A stretch of 63,187 nucleotides of DNA, the filler included, from Reclinomonas americana ATCC 50394 (Eukaryota), in the NCBI GenBank assembly GCA_048213135.1. It is 16 parts of 16 records of this genome, joined end to end, with 100 filler letters (N's around TTAATTAATTAA, not from the genome) between each part and the next. Parts side by side here need not be neighbours in the genome. Positions count along the whole stretch, not along the records: positions 36,072 to 39,127 come from AFZH01018713.1; positions 39,228 to 43,080 come from AFZH01018714.1; positions 43,181 to 47,634 come from AFZH01018715.1; positions 47,735 to 49,938 come from AFZH01018716.1; 12 more parts are not named here. One strand, written 5' to 3'. Below, piece after piece: positions 36,142-49,571 of the stretch (the first letter of the stretch is position 1; each line of letters opens with the position of its first letter). The notes under the pieces were generated by a model. The model made no database searches. It saw nothing but the letters and a program-made list of their open reading frames with translations, and was not told where the DNA came from. Position numbers and translations under genes: made by a program.

Positions 36142-39100
36142 GCTCTCCCTCGCTCTCCCTCCCTCCGTCCCTTATCTCTTCCCGTGCTCCCTTCCCCCAC
36201 CCTTATCCACCTTTTCACTCCGTTTCGTGCTCCAGTGCAAAACCGCCCGCCCACCTCGATTGTCTTGTCGGGCCTCACCTACACGGCGCCGTCGACGATC
36301 AACCAAGTCGTGGCCACCATGACGGCCGTCGACCCGGACCCGATCGACACCAACAAGCACACCTTCACCATTCTGGATCAGAGCCCGATCGCCAACTTTT
36401 TCGGCATTGCCAATCGCAACCAGCTGATTTTCAACTTGGCCGGCCACTCGGCCTCGCCACTGTCGGTGAGCATCCAGGCTGCGGATTTGTCGGGTGCCAC
36501 TGTGTCAGCGACCTTCCGCATCACCATTCCGCTCGGCGCTGCGATCACCGGCCTGACCTCCTCGTCAGCCACCCCCACCACCCTCGTTCTATCGGTGCAA
36601 GCCGACAGCTCGCCGCAGCCCGACGCCACCAACCCGCGTTTCGAGTTCAGCTCTGCCGACGGCGCATTCGCCAATGGCGCTCTGCTCTCCACCGGCGCCG
36701 ATGCGTGCGCTTGGACATCACCTGCCATTACGCAGTGCACTGGTGAGCGACTGCCTGGCGCACGGAATGTTGTTCTCTCTCTCTCACTATTCCCTTCCCA
36801 CTTCTCACACAGTGACGGGCCTCACCGCCGACACCCCCTACTCCATCATTGCTCGCCTGGCTAGTGACCAGCGCGTCGGCACGGCCTCGGCTCCTGTCGC
36901 TGTGCGCACGCTCACCAGCACCTCGGCCACCATTGTGTCGGCGGTGGCCAACCCGGCCTCGAGCACCTCCCTCATTGTCACCCTGAGCGCGTCGGTGGCT
37001 CCGCCCACTGGCTCCGCAAACGGTCGCTTTGACGTGTTTCTCTCCGCCACGGCCACCAGCGCGCTGGCTACTGTCTCTGGTACACCGTGCGCCTGGGCCG
37101 ACACCACCGTCACCGTGTGCACCTGTTGCGTGCATCTCATTTTCGTTTACTCTCTATTCGATCTCACACCGTGTCTTCTTCCTCCAGTTACGGGTGTGAC
37201 GGGCAGTACCTCGGGTTACGCGCTGCTGGCCCGTGTGGCGACTAGCACGTCCACGGGCGCCTTGTCAATTCCGCTGTCGCCACCGGCGTACACACTGCTC
37301 AGCACCACGGTGACGGTGGCGTTTGACACCACAGCCGCGGAAGCCACGGCCACCACGCTGGTGGTGGTGGTCACGCCGAATACGGCACCGCCGGCATGGC
37401 TGAGCCTGCCGACGTTCCAGTTTGCGGTGAGCCCGACCGGCTCGGCTGCCGCATCATTTGCCTTGACAGTGGCCACTGGCTGCACGTGGGCTACCGCCGC
37501 ACCGGTGTCTTGCACGCTGACGCAGCTGACGCCGGCCACGAGCTACACCATTGTGGCGCGTGTCGCCAGCCAGGAGTCGTTTGGTGCCACCTCGGCACCG
37601 ACGGCTGCCGCCAAGTCAACTCTGTACGGCACCACTGTGAGCATCACGGCCGTCACGGCGCCGACAGTGGCACAACTGCGTGTGACCATGGCACCCTCAG
37701 CTGCTGCACCGGCCACGGCGACCAATGCCCGTGTTGAGTTGTGGACGATTCCGTCGGCCACTCCAACGGCCACCGCCACGCAAGCCACGTTGTTGGCCAC
37801 CACATCGTGTGTGTGGGCCGCCACCGCGGCGCTGCCGGTCACCTGCACCTTCTCAGGCTTTGCTGCCGACACGGGCTACTTGCTGTTGGCTCGTGTGGTC
37901 AGCGACACGCTGACTGGCGCGCTCTCAACGCCCAGCACGACGGCCGTGTTCACGGCTCTGTCGACCACGGTTGCCATTTCAGTGCCGGCCGACGCTGCGC
38001 TCACCTCGTCCTCCATCGAGGTGGCTCTGCAGGCCAGCAGCGCACCGCCCGCTGGTCTCTCGAGCCCCGTCTTCCAAGTGGTGTCCGCCACTGACGGGTT
38101 TGCGCTGGCGGCGAGCCTCCTGTCGCTGGTCGACAGCACCGATGGATCTCCGTGCACGTGGACTGGCCCGACTGCGCGTCGCTGCCGCATCGGTGGCCTC
38201 AGTGCTTTCACTCCGTACCAGTTCTTGGCGCGAGTCTCGGGCACAGAGGCCGTCGGGCAGGCGTCTACGGCCAGTGCTGCCAGTTGAGTTTTTTTCTTTT
38301 TTTTTTTACTCCCCCCGCGTCATCCTCTCCGTTCCCTGTTGCGTGTTCTTTGTGTGTTTTGACTCTTGTGTCGTGCCTCTCGCAGCCTCGACTCTGCTGG
38401 ACATTACGGTCACCGGTTCCGTGATCAACATTGACAGCACCACGGTGACGGTGTCGTTGGCGCCGAGCCAGTCGTCGGCCACGGCTTTTGGTACCACCCC
38501 GATCCTGCAGCTGTTGCCGAGTGACTCAACGACACCGCTCGCACCGACCACACCGACTTCGTGCGTGTGGAGCTCCACGACAACGCTGCCGGTGACATGC
38601 ACGTTTGCGCGCGGCTCCAGCACCTCGTTGTCCTTCCGTGCTCGTGTGTCGACGGCCACCGCACGTGGCAATCTGAGTGCGGCCTTTAGCGCCACGTTCT
38701 CGGCCACAGTAAGCACCACCAAGCTGCGTGTCGGTACCGGAGTTGTCAATGCCGTTACGCTCACCGGCAGCAACTTTGCCGATGCCGACGATTTCCGCCT
38801 GATTGACAACGCCTCCACCTGCACTGGTTCCACTCTCACCAACGACGCCCGTGTCAAGACTCTGACGTCGACCACGGCTGGCACCACGCAGCATGTGGTG
38901 TCGGTGGAGTTGACCGATGTCGGCACATTCAAGGTCTGTCTGTTCTGCAAGATTCTTGTTTATTTGCTGCACCTCAATCTGTGCGTGCCGTGATGGCGAA
39001 AACAGCTGTGCATGAAGTACGCGCTTCTGTCGACCTTCTCGTCGGCAGTCCAGTCGTCCTTTATTGCTGCTCGTCGTTGCGTCTGGGGTTGATGGCAGCA

Positions 39101-42100
39101 AGGTCTCTCTCTCTCTCTCTCTCTCTCNNNNNNNNNNNNNNNNNNNNNNNNNNNNNNNNNNNNNNNNNNNNTTAATTAATTAANNNNNNNNNNNNNNNNN
39201 NNNNNNNNNNNNNNNNNNNNNNNNNNNTCTCCCCTCTTCTCTTCCCTTTCTCTCCCCCTCTCCTCTCCATTTCCCTCACCGCGCCTCTCCTCCCCGCTAG
39301 CATCGGTCTTGGGCTCGACGATTGCATCTTTCCTTGCCAGCCAGAACGCGCCCGCCCAACAGAACCCCGTGGTCATCATGGGCGACGGTTTCGACCAGGC
39401 TGACGACGTCCGAGTGTCGCCGTATCCGGGCGACTGCTCGACCCCGGCTCCACCGGGTATTGGCGTTGGCGATGTTCGCACCTACAATGCGACCAACTGG
39501 AGTGTGAGCGTGTGGGCGACGATGGGCGGCTCCTGGCAGCTGTGTTTGCGCTTTGCTGGCATGACCGCGTACACTGTGGTGCCGAACTCGATGTTCGTCT
39601 CGCAAGGTGAGCCATGTCTATACTCTCCTCTCTCTCCCTGTCACCGCGTGCCGCTCAACAACATTTTTACCGGTTTTTGCAGGCACGGTGACCAGCTTGA
39701 CGTATTCCCAGTTGCAGGCATCGACGCCGGCCAAGGCCAACATTCTCGGCTTCGCGCTGTCCTCGAGCGACATGTTCTACCTGGTGCCGGCCTCCTTTGC
39801 GTCCTGCCGCTCCGACTATACCAGTGCCACTGTGACTGTGTCGACCAGCGACAGCGCACCGGGCAATCTGAGTGTGACCATCAGCAGCGACGTGGCTGGC
39901 GATTTCAAGCTGTGTGTGTCGTTCTCTGGCATGTCACCGCTTGCGCTGACGCCGGGTGTGGCGACGGTGCGCCCAACCATGACGGCTGTGGTGCCGCCGG
40001 GTGTGTTTGCTGGCATTCCGCGTACCATTACCGTGCAAGGCACTGGTCTTGCACCCACGTTCCAGTTCAAGTTCATTCCGCTTGACGCCACCAACTGTGG
40101 TGCGACGGACACGAGTGATGCGGTGCTGCAGGCCACTGGCGTGACTGCGGTTACTGGCGATCAGGCTGGCAAGCAGCTCACCATGACGGTGCAGTCGGCT
40201 ACGGAGCGTTTTGTTCGCGTGTGCGGCCGCATGAGCAGCACGGATACGTGGTCGTTTGTGGGCTCGTTGCAGTTCAAGAGTGCGTCCTCACTGATCGATT
40301 TGTGCCGCTTGTTGTGTATTGTTGTTCTCTCACCTCCAATCTCTTTGCACCCTGCGCACAGCCTTCTCCGTATCCGCGACGCCCCTGGGCATGCGCGCGG
40401 GCGACGCCTTCACCAACTCCATCACCGTCAACGGCGCTCTGTTTGCGGCCACTGACCAGCTGCGCGTCATTGATGCGGCCAACAGCTGCGATTCGGTCTC
40501 GGTCACCAATTCGTCGGGCATCAAGTCCGTGGTGCGCCAGTCGAGCACGGCCGATTACCACATTATAAATGTGGTCGCCAGCCTGCCCGGCAACTACACG
40601 GTGAGTAGAGGAGAGAGGGACATGGAGGGGAAAAGCGCAGGGTGGAGTGACACACACTCACAAGGCAGGAAGCTGTCGTTTCTTTCTCATCTCGCCTATC
40701 ACTCCCTTCCTTACTCGCTCGCTCACTGTGCACTCTATCTGCAGGCCTGCATCCTGTTCAACGGCTCGTCCAAATTCGACACCGTGAAGGGCACGATCGT
40801 GGCGTCGACTCCGGCCACCACTGGTGCCGCCATGCCGATTGTGGCCACCTCGAACACGTCGTCGCCGCCCACCATGCCCATTACTGTGTACGGTGTGGCA
40901 CTCGACAGCACCGATGTCATCAAGGCGACTCCATACGGCGACTGCGCTGGCACGGTGCCGAGCGGCCTGAAGCTTTTCCCGCCCGTCTCGTCGTACTCGC
41001 AGCACGTCCTCAGCGTGTCGTCGACGGTCGGCGGTCGCTTCCAGTTGTGCATCTCTTTTGCCGGCGGCAACTTTGCGCCGGTGGTGGGAGGCGATTTCGT
41101 CGCCAAGGGTCGCATCCAGGTGAGTGATGGAAAAGGAGAAGGGTGGGGGCGTATTCAGTGCTTCTTTGTTATTTTTTGAATAGTTGCATCTCTTTCTCCC
41201 TCCCTCTCTCGTTTCCCTTATCATCCTCTGTCCTCACCGCTTCTCCTCGTTGCAGAACGTGACCCCAGTGACTGCGACCGCCGGCCAGGTGGTGCAGTTG
41301 GATGCCGTCGGTTACGCGCTTGCTCCCGCGGAGGACCAAGTCTTCTTGGTGCTCGCCGTCAACGGATGCAGCACCAGTGTGCCCAGCACTCCGCTGGCAC
41401 CGCTGTCCTCGAGCACCGATACCAAAATGAGCTTCTCGGCGCAAGTGGCTGTGGCTGGCAAGTACGCCATTTGCGTCAAGTACTCGGGTGTGTTGGCAGC
41501 CGAGGAGGTCGGCGCCGGCCTGCAAGTGTCGGGTTCGTTTGTGTCGGATCAAGTGCCCCAAAGAGTGCCATTCAACTCACCCTTCCTTGCTTCACAGCTC
41601 TGTTCGGTGACATTTCGCCAAACGCCATGCTGGCCAACGTGTCCACGTCGCTGACCATTAGCGGTACGGGCCTGTCGAACGACGTGGTGGTCAAGTTTAT
41701 TGCCGCCACTGCCGACGGGTGTGCCACTGGCGACAGCGACACTCTTGTGCCGCTGCTCAGCAAGTCCACATCGGCCGACGGCACCAGGATGGTTGTCTCG
41801 ATCCTGCTGTCGTACAAGGTCTCCACTCGCGTGTGCATTCGTGCGGCGTACGAGACCAACTTCACGCCGCTGCCGAGCACTATCAATGTGGTGCCGTTGA
41901 CTACGGGTTTCACCCCGAATTTGTTGCGCTCAGCAGCGGACGCCACCAATATTCTGACGGTGGCCGGCAACCTGTTTAGCACCGCCGATGAGTTCCGTCT
42001 GATTGACGGCACATCAACGTGCGAGGCTGCTGGTGCCGGACCGCTGCAGAACAATGCGGGCGTGCAGACACTGACTAGCGGCGCCACGACGGCCACGCAG

Positions 42101-43022
42101 CACTTGTTAACCGTGTCCATTTCCGTGGCCGGCAGCTACAGAGTTTCGTCGTCGGTTTATCACTCGTGTCGTGCGGGTCTGCTATTTTTCCCTGACCTTT
42201 CCTGTTTTGCGCAGCTGTGCATCATGTCGTCGATTGTCGGCCAGTGGCAGCAGGTGGCGCCCAATGGCTCTCTGATTGCGCGCACTCCGTCGACCACCAC
42301 CGTCAACATTTCGTGGATCCCGGCCTCGCCTGGCAATCCTGGCATCACCACCGACGTGACCATTACCGGCGATGCGCTGTCACCGCTCGACCAAGTCAAG
42401 ATTGTGACGTTTGACAACCCATGCTCCGCCTCGTCGCCGACTGGCATTGCTATCGGGGTTTGTGATGGGATGATGACAGAGTGGCTTGATGCGAGCAGTT
42501 TGACTGACCATATGTTGTTTGGCGCAGCCGTTCACCTCGTCGACATTTACCTCGCAAGAGTTCAAGATCTCGTCCACGATCGGCGGTCGCTTCCAAATGT
42601 GCATCCAGTTTGCTGGCTCCTCTGCCTTTGTGCCGGTCACCAGCGGCTCATTTGTCGTCAAGGGTTATGTCGATCCTTTTGCCTGTATTTTATTGATAGA
42701 GTTTCTGACACTTTGTTTGCTGTTATAGGCGCCATCACTGGCACCATGCCGGCTGCCGTCAACGCCCGCCAATCGACGGCGCTGACTCTGGTTGGTTACG
42801 GCCTCTCGGCCGCCGATCAGGTGTACATTGTCACCACTGGCGCTCCGTGCACCACGGCGATGCCGTCCGAGGTGCAAATGACGAATCCGACGAGCGGATC
42901 CGTCACTGCAACCACGTACCCGCTGCAAGTGGTGATCAGCAAGGCCGGTAACTACGACATTTGTGTGAAGTACTCGGGCGTGCTGGACATTGAGCGGTCG
43001 ACTGCCAAGTTCTCGTCACTCG
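34142..43022 (+). CDS. Giant Ser/Thr-rich surface protein: NHL repeats, cadherin-like domain, Fn3-like repeats and Cys-containing beta-sandwich repeats; 3' end not found (gap at 43081)
   Basis: N-terminal hydrophobic segment. NHL-like TLAGTGTAGGDDGPLASATFSGP and LYVADSGNNVIR. NRPPTSIVL..AVDPD. Fn3-like GLTADTPYSIIAR, QLTPATSYTIVAR, GLSAFTPYQFLAR. Repeated ~100-aa units ending GxF/YxLC. Confidence 0.75.
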
Positions 43023-43295
43023 GTGCGTGAGCGGGGGAACAAGAATCGGATCTCCTGGTGTTTCGCGACTCATTGTCTGTNNNNNNNNNNNNNNNNNNNN
43101 NNNNNNNNNNNNNNNNNNNNNNNNTTAATTAATTAANNNNNNNNNNNNNNNNNNNNNNNNNNNNNNNNNNNNNNNNNNNNCCGCCGGCGTGTGGCTTGGT
43201 CATCTGAGTGAGGCGTACTTGCGAGTTGCGTTTGTTGTAGGAGAGCCTCTCGCTCATCGATGATATGAGTTCTCACTCTCTCTTGTGAATGGCAG

Positions 43296-44785
43296 GAGTA
43301 CATTACGGTGGCGCTGGAGCAGCGGCATTGTGGATTCTTTATCGCGTTGTGGGATTGCACGTTGGTGACGGTGTTCCTGACGTTCAAAACAAAAGCGTAC
43401 TACTTGTGGAAGCCGTGGCTGTTGCGGCAAAAAATGGAGACGGAAGGGGGGGGGGTGAGCGGAGGGCTGGTACTCATTTCTTCCTCGCCGCTCGCAGGTC
43501 GAAAAAGGTCGGCCTGTGCTTCCTGGTGTCGATCGCCCAGGTGTTTGCGGGTGGGTTTACAGGCGAGGCTCTGGCCTACGTCAGGTTCGTGGGGTGCTGC
43601 AAGTGAGTTTGGCGGTGAAGGCCTATACTCATGTGTTTCCCCCCATTCCTCTCTGAGCAGTTATGCCACGGCTGTTGCGTCACGCTGTCTATTTTCCTTG
43701 TTTGCGCGAGTCACTCAACCAGATGAATGCAGACGGTGGTCAAGTCGTGTAAGATGATTGCAACCATGTCGTTCGGTGAGTCGCACTCCGTGGCTGCGTT
43801 CCGCGTGCACGCGCTTGACTCACTCGCTTGCTTGCCGCCGCAGGATTTTTCGTCAGGGGAAGAAGATTTTCGCGTGGCGAGGTCATGGTGGGCGCGCTGA
43901 TGGTGTCGGGACTGGTGAGTGTGGCATGCAGACGGTGACTTGTCGCCCGCGGCTCACTGCGCGCGCGCGACTCGCACAGGTCTTCCTGGTGCTGGACATG
44001 GCCGACTCCAAAATGACGTTCTCTTTCATTGGTTGGCCACTGCTGCTCCTTGGCATCGTCGCTTGTGCTTTCTCTGACATCCACGCACAGGCCTGGGCAT
44101 GCTGATCACGGCACTCATTTGCGACGCCATTTACATCAACAGCCAGGAGAGTCTGTTGCAGAATTACGAGTTGTCCATCGACGAGATGGTGTGTGAGCGC
44201 CTACTTGGTCGCCGGCCACTTGCCCCGCTGCTCACCCTGTCACCCGCACACCAGATGTACTACATTTTCTTCTTCTCAGCGCTGCAGATGCTGGTGGTGT
44301 CGCTGCTGACGAATCAACTGCAAGAGGCGTACACCTACATCACCACAAAGAATCCGTACTACATTTTGGTGTTGGTGGTGCGTACGTGTTTGTTGGTTGC
44401 ACGACTCTCATTGCCTTGAAAGCTCACAATCCCTTGCTCTCTCCTCCCCTTTCAACGCAGTCCGTTTCCTTGCTGCGCTACATTGGCTCGCAATGCGTGC
44501 TGCGCATCATTCGCGACCACGGCATGTTCTTCTCGGAGCTGGTGACCACATCGAGAAAGGCCACATCGTTGCGTTCATTTTCTACCCTCTTCCTGTGCAC
44601 GTGCGTCGCCATGACGAGAACCGATGCGCTCACGATGTCTGCGTGTATCATGCAGAGTCATTCTGTCGTTCTTCCTGTTCCCAAAGCCCATGTCGCTGCA
44701 ATTCGGCATTGCCACCCTGCTGGTGTTTATCGGTGTCGGTGCCGGTCTGCAGCGTGTGCGCGCCAAGAAGAAGAACAAGGACTGA
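43296..44785 (+). CDS. SLC35B-family (UAA / PAPS-type) nucleotide-sugar transporter, 5' partial
   Basis: Spliced product has ALAYVSYATATVVKSCKMIATMSFG, ALICDAIYINSQE, LVTTSRKATSVILSFFLFPKP and C-terminal KKKNKD*. Includes a 13-nt microexon at 43661-43673. Confidence 0.88.
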
Positions 44786-44862
44786 GCCGAGTGAGACGGG
44801 AAAAAATAGATGCGAGTTTTATAGGCGCATGCAAAACAAAACACTCCCTTCATTCACTCCCG

Positions 44863-46849
44863 TTATCTCGTCGGCACCACTTCCGCATCCGCCATGCTCT
44901 GCAGTCGTTCCCTTACGGCCTGCTGTTGCAGACACCACATGCCGTACATGCGATCGCGGTCCGGCAGCCTCTCCACCTCCTCGACGCTGGTGCGCTGGCA
45001 CTCCACGTCCCACGGCTTGTGCGACTGGTGCGTCAAGTCAGCGACTTGCATGACCCAAACAAAGAGAAGACAACAAACCACGTAAAAATGAATCGCCTTC
45101 AGCGAGTCCCTGCGCAAGACACCAAAGTAAGCATCAAGCACACACCTCGCGTCCTACCTTGCGTTGCACACACTACCAGTCCCACACTCCGCGCTGGCGC
45201 ATCTCATCCGAGTTCTTCGGCGTGAGGCCATATGTAAACGGCAAGCCGATCCACTTTTTGCCGGCGCGCTTCTCCAGAATGCCCACCAGCACGCCCTGGT
45301 CGCCCCACAACAAGTAGTTGCGCTCCTCGTCGGTCGGCTCGCGCACCATGCCCGCAAACTCCTCGTACTGCGCCACACTCGGCACCGCCACCGTGATGCC
45401 CGAGTTCATGCCGCGATACGTGGCGCCCCACGTGTCCGACAAATCGTGCGTGAATGTGTTGGCCGGCCAGTCGTAGAACAGCGAGTCTACGTTGCGCACC
45501 ACCAGCATGTCGAGGTCGAGGTACACCAACTTGCGCAGATCGGTCATGCGCCACATTTCGATCTTGTCCACACGCACATCGACGAGGGCGCGATTCGGGT
45601 GATCGCACAAGAACGGCGTGATGCGCCGAAACGAGACACCCAAGTCGCGCAACAATCGTCGCTCCGTGTCACTGAACGACGGCAGCACCCGCTCCTCCAC
45701 CTCGTCCGGGGTGATAACCACCAGCGGAATGCACGAGGCGGTGTCGCGCAGCGACTTGGCCAGCACCATGAGCGACATGCGCACGCCGGGTTGCGAGTCG
45801 GCCGACGCGGGGGCGGTGAAGAACGTCACGTAGGCGAGGCCGTGTTCGCGGTCTTGCAGCGCGCAGTGGAGTGGGCGGAGTGGTGCGGTGGTCGTGGAGG
45901 AGGAGGAGGAGGAGGAGGAAAAGGGCGAGTGGTACAGAATCGGATCTGCGAGGGTGGGGCATTGAGCGGGAGAGGGAAGGAGAAGGGGGGTGGGGGGCAG
46001 ATAGGGTGCATCTTTCACCGTGGACGTTGCAGGAGAGCGATGCAGAGTCGGAGGGGACAGCTCGTGGGGGTCCATCGGCGCGGGGGATCTCGGCTGTGGG
46101 AATGGGGGAGGAGGAGATGGTGAGGGAAAGGGAAAGGCGAGAGAGCAGAAGAGCGATCCACCATGACTCTCGTAATAAGTAACAGAGGGGAATACTTGAC
46201 GCGGTCTCTCATACACAAGGACAGCACAGCGACACCCCTCTCAAGACACGCGAAGGAGGAGAATGCCACAAGCAGAAGGGTCGTTCTTATTGCCCACGCA
46301 TCGCGCTCCAGAGACTCCCTGGACCACTCACTCATTGCTGTCTCTCTCTACACCACAAACAGAAGGATCGTTCTTGTCGCTCATGCATTGCCTCCCTTAT
46401 CGCGATACTTCTCTCAAGTACAGCTTTCGCTCTCCCCGTGAGCGTGTATAGCTCTCTGCAACTGGACAAACATAATGATTGCTCGAGACCTCACTCATCG
46501 CCACGTGTTGCTCTGCTTTCGGCACAAAGGATCGCTCTCATCGCCAGAGAGAGTCACTGAATCGCTTCTTCGCTCACTTATTGCACTCGCTCTCTGTGAA
46601 TGAGTGTGTTCTCTCTCATCCCAGAAGAACAATGATCGCTCTCGCAACTCATGCCCTCCAGAGAGAGATGCACAAGATCGCTCCTTCGCTCACATATCAC
46701 CACGTGTCCCTCTGTTTCAGGCACAAAGGGTCTCGCTGGATCGCTTCCTCACTTCACATATCGCTCAGTCTCTCCCCCCGTCATCCCGACAGCGTGCATC
46801 GTCCACACCACCGACTCATCGCTCATTCCATCGCTCTCTCACTATGTGC

Positions 46850-46913
<64 letters not shown>

Positions 46914-47122
46914 CGGGAAGCTGCACGATCGCTCTCATCGCCTCCTTGAATCGCTTCTTCGCTCTCTCTCTCTCTCTCTCACACACATACACACACGCAA
47001 CTGAACGGTCGTCGCACTATCGGCATTTGCCACACCGATCGCCACGCAAACATGACACACACCAGCACCAAACACACCAGAGCAAACGTCCACCACAACG
47101 CGCCCCACCGATCACGTCGCAT
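44863..47122 (-). CDS. GT8 (glycogenin-like) glycosyltransferase, type II membrane topology
   Basis: First exon MRRDRWGALWWTFALVCLVLVCVMFAW; then AYVTF, LAKSLR, DKIEMW, VYLDLDMLVVRNVDSLF, MNSGITV, GDQGVL, IHFYVSHKPW. Confidence 0.88.
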
Positions 47123-47211
47123 CGAAATCGCCACAAAACCACCACGAAAACACGAGGAAAAGTTGTCCTCGTGACGATCGTTGTTTTTTTGTTTGTTTTT
47201 GTGTGAGAGCG

Positions 47212-47596
47212 ATGCAAAGACCAGTGACTTGTTGCGTTTGAGTGTGTGTATGTGTATGTGTGTGTGGGGAGATGTGTGAGAAGGAGGAGTGAGAGTGAGA
47301 GGGTGTTTACTCTCTTTGTACGCTTTCTCTTCTTCTCTCATCTGTCTCACACTTCTCTCGTGCTTGCGTCTCTCACAAGTGTGGGAGTCTGCGCAAGGCA
47401 GTGACTGAGTCTGTTGATTGCTCTCTCTCTGTCTCTCTCTTCAATCTTTGTGACTCGTTTGCTCGCCTTGGTCATCGCCTTGGAAGGTAGAAGGCGTCAC
47501 CTAATCGTCGCCTATCTCTTAGCTCAGTTACCCCATGCTTGTTGCTCGTCGGTCTTTGATTTTCCTCTCTTGCCCTCTTGCTTGCTTTCATTCTCT

Positions 47597-47634
<38 letters not shown>

Positions 47635-47734
47635 NNNNNNNNNNNNNNNNNNNNNNNNNNNNNNNNNNNNNNNNNNNNTTAATTAATTAANNNNNNNNNN
47701 NNNNNNNNNNNNNNNNNNNNNNNNNNNNNNNNNN

Positions 47735-47822
<88 letters not shown>

Positions 47823-49452
47823 GTCGCACTCATTCATTGCCTTTCACGCACCTTGGTCATCGCCTTCTAGGCATAGGTCGTCGCTTTAGCCTCGCGTTGC
47901 CCTCTTTCTTCTTCTTCCTCTCTCTCTCTCTCTCTCTCTCATATCGCACATCATGACCTCTTTCGCTTCTCATAGTCATCGCCTTCAAGGCATAGGTCGT
48001 TGAGTTACCCTTGCCTTTCTCACAGCTCCCTTACCCGAAGCTTGTTGCTCGTCAGTCTTTAATCTTCCTCTTTTACTTCCTTTCTTATTCTCATGTCGCA
48101 CTCGTTCATGGACTCTCACGCACCTTGGTCATCGTCACTTTTCTCTCCTGCTCACTCACCCCGTGCACTTTGCTCGTCGTTTTTTGTCATTCCTCTCTTG
48201 CATTCTTTCGTTTCTTCTCTCTTCTCTCCTCTTTCCCCTTCTGTCTTCCCCCATGCTCCATACTGAATCAATCCTTCGCCCTTGTCTTGTTGCGCCTCCC
48301 TCTCATACTCTCATCTATGATCTGATTGTTTCTCTCTTCTGCGCAGCATATCCGGTGCTCTCCTCGGTGTTTCTGGCGCTGCTGATGCTGATCGACAAGA
48401 TCTGGAGCATTGTGTTTGTGGCGCTCAGCTTGTTGATTTTTGTGTACAAGGGTGAGTGGGTGGAGAGGGGAGAAGGAAATCGCGGGCATTGCATGTCACC
48501 CGGTTGTTGACTGAAGAGAGAGCGAGAGAGAGAGAGAGAGAGACGATAAGGAACAAGTCTTCTTTCTGTAACGCTCAAGCGGCAAAGAGGTGCGTGGTGT
48601 GCGCAAGGGTGAGTGAGCAGAGAGAGCATTGTGTGTACTTTCTCTCCAGTTAGATGAGGCACATCGCTGCAAGGGCGGTGCTCTGCCCTCGGAGGCAAGA
48701 ATGGCAAGGCATTGATCCCCTTCTCTGCTCACACCTCTGCGTCACCGCAGGGCTCGCACTACCGTACCCCACCGGCCCTTACGCCTACGAGATCATCATC
48801 TTGATCCTCTATCTCCCGGTGGCACTCGTGCGACTGTTTCTGGGCGACATGGGCAACAAGCTGACGCGCGCCAAGCTCCTGGTGTGGTTCCTCGTGTTGA
48901 CGGTGCCGGTGCTGGCTGCCAATGTGTATTATTTGATTCTTCAGATTTATGTGTTGCGTTTGGCAAGGGAGGGGGAGGGGGAGGGAGGGAGGGAGAGGGA
49001 GGGAGGGATAGAAGGGAGAGGGAGAGGGAGTTCGCCCGTACGTGTGAAGCACGGTTTTCTCCTGTTGTTTCTCTCTGTTCGCAGTGGTATGCATCTCCTG
49101 GCGGTCACCATGCTTGCAACTCGCGTCTGCGGCTGAAGAATTTTTTTTGATGCAAGGCGTTCTTGCTGTCGTCTCACTCGGGAGCGTTCGTGTGTCGACG
49201 AGTGCTTTTCTACCTTCTTCCTCTGTCGACAGTTCTTGTGCTGCACTACTCGCTGCATCACTCGCGTTTGTGTTGTCATCTTTTTGACGGATTTCCTCCA
49301 CGACTGGCTTTCGTTGCTGCTCAGACTCGCACTCACTCTCCTTCTGCAGGCTCTCGATTGACGTCGCACTCAACGGCCTCTCTCTAATCATTATCATGCT
49401 GGACACGGTGGTCGGGCTGGTCACCGCCATCAACTTCTGTCGATATGTCTGA
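47212..49452 (+). CDS. TMEM216: TMEM216/TMEM80-like ciliary transition-zone membrane protein (Transmemb_17 family)
   Basis: MQRPVTSYPVLSSVFLALLMLIDKIW..LLIFVYKGLALPYP..RLFLGDMGNKL..YYLILQIYVLSIDVALNG; four hydrophobic segments. Confidence 0.82.
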
Positions 49453-49571
49453 CAAAAGTGTAGGTCGAAGTTGTGTCGTGACAGATTTTGCTGTTGTCCG
49501 CTAGGTAAAATTTTCGTTCTTACGGGAGAGAGGAGAGAGAGAGAGAGAGAGAGAGAGAAAAGAAAGAGAAC

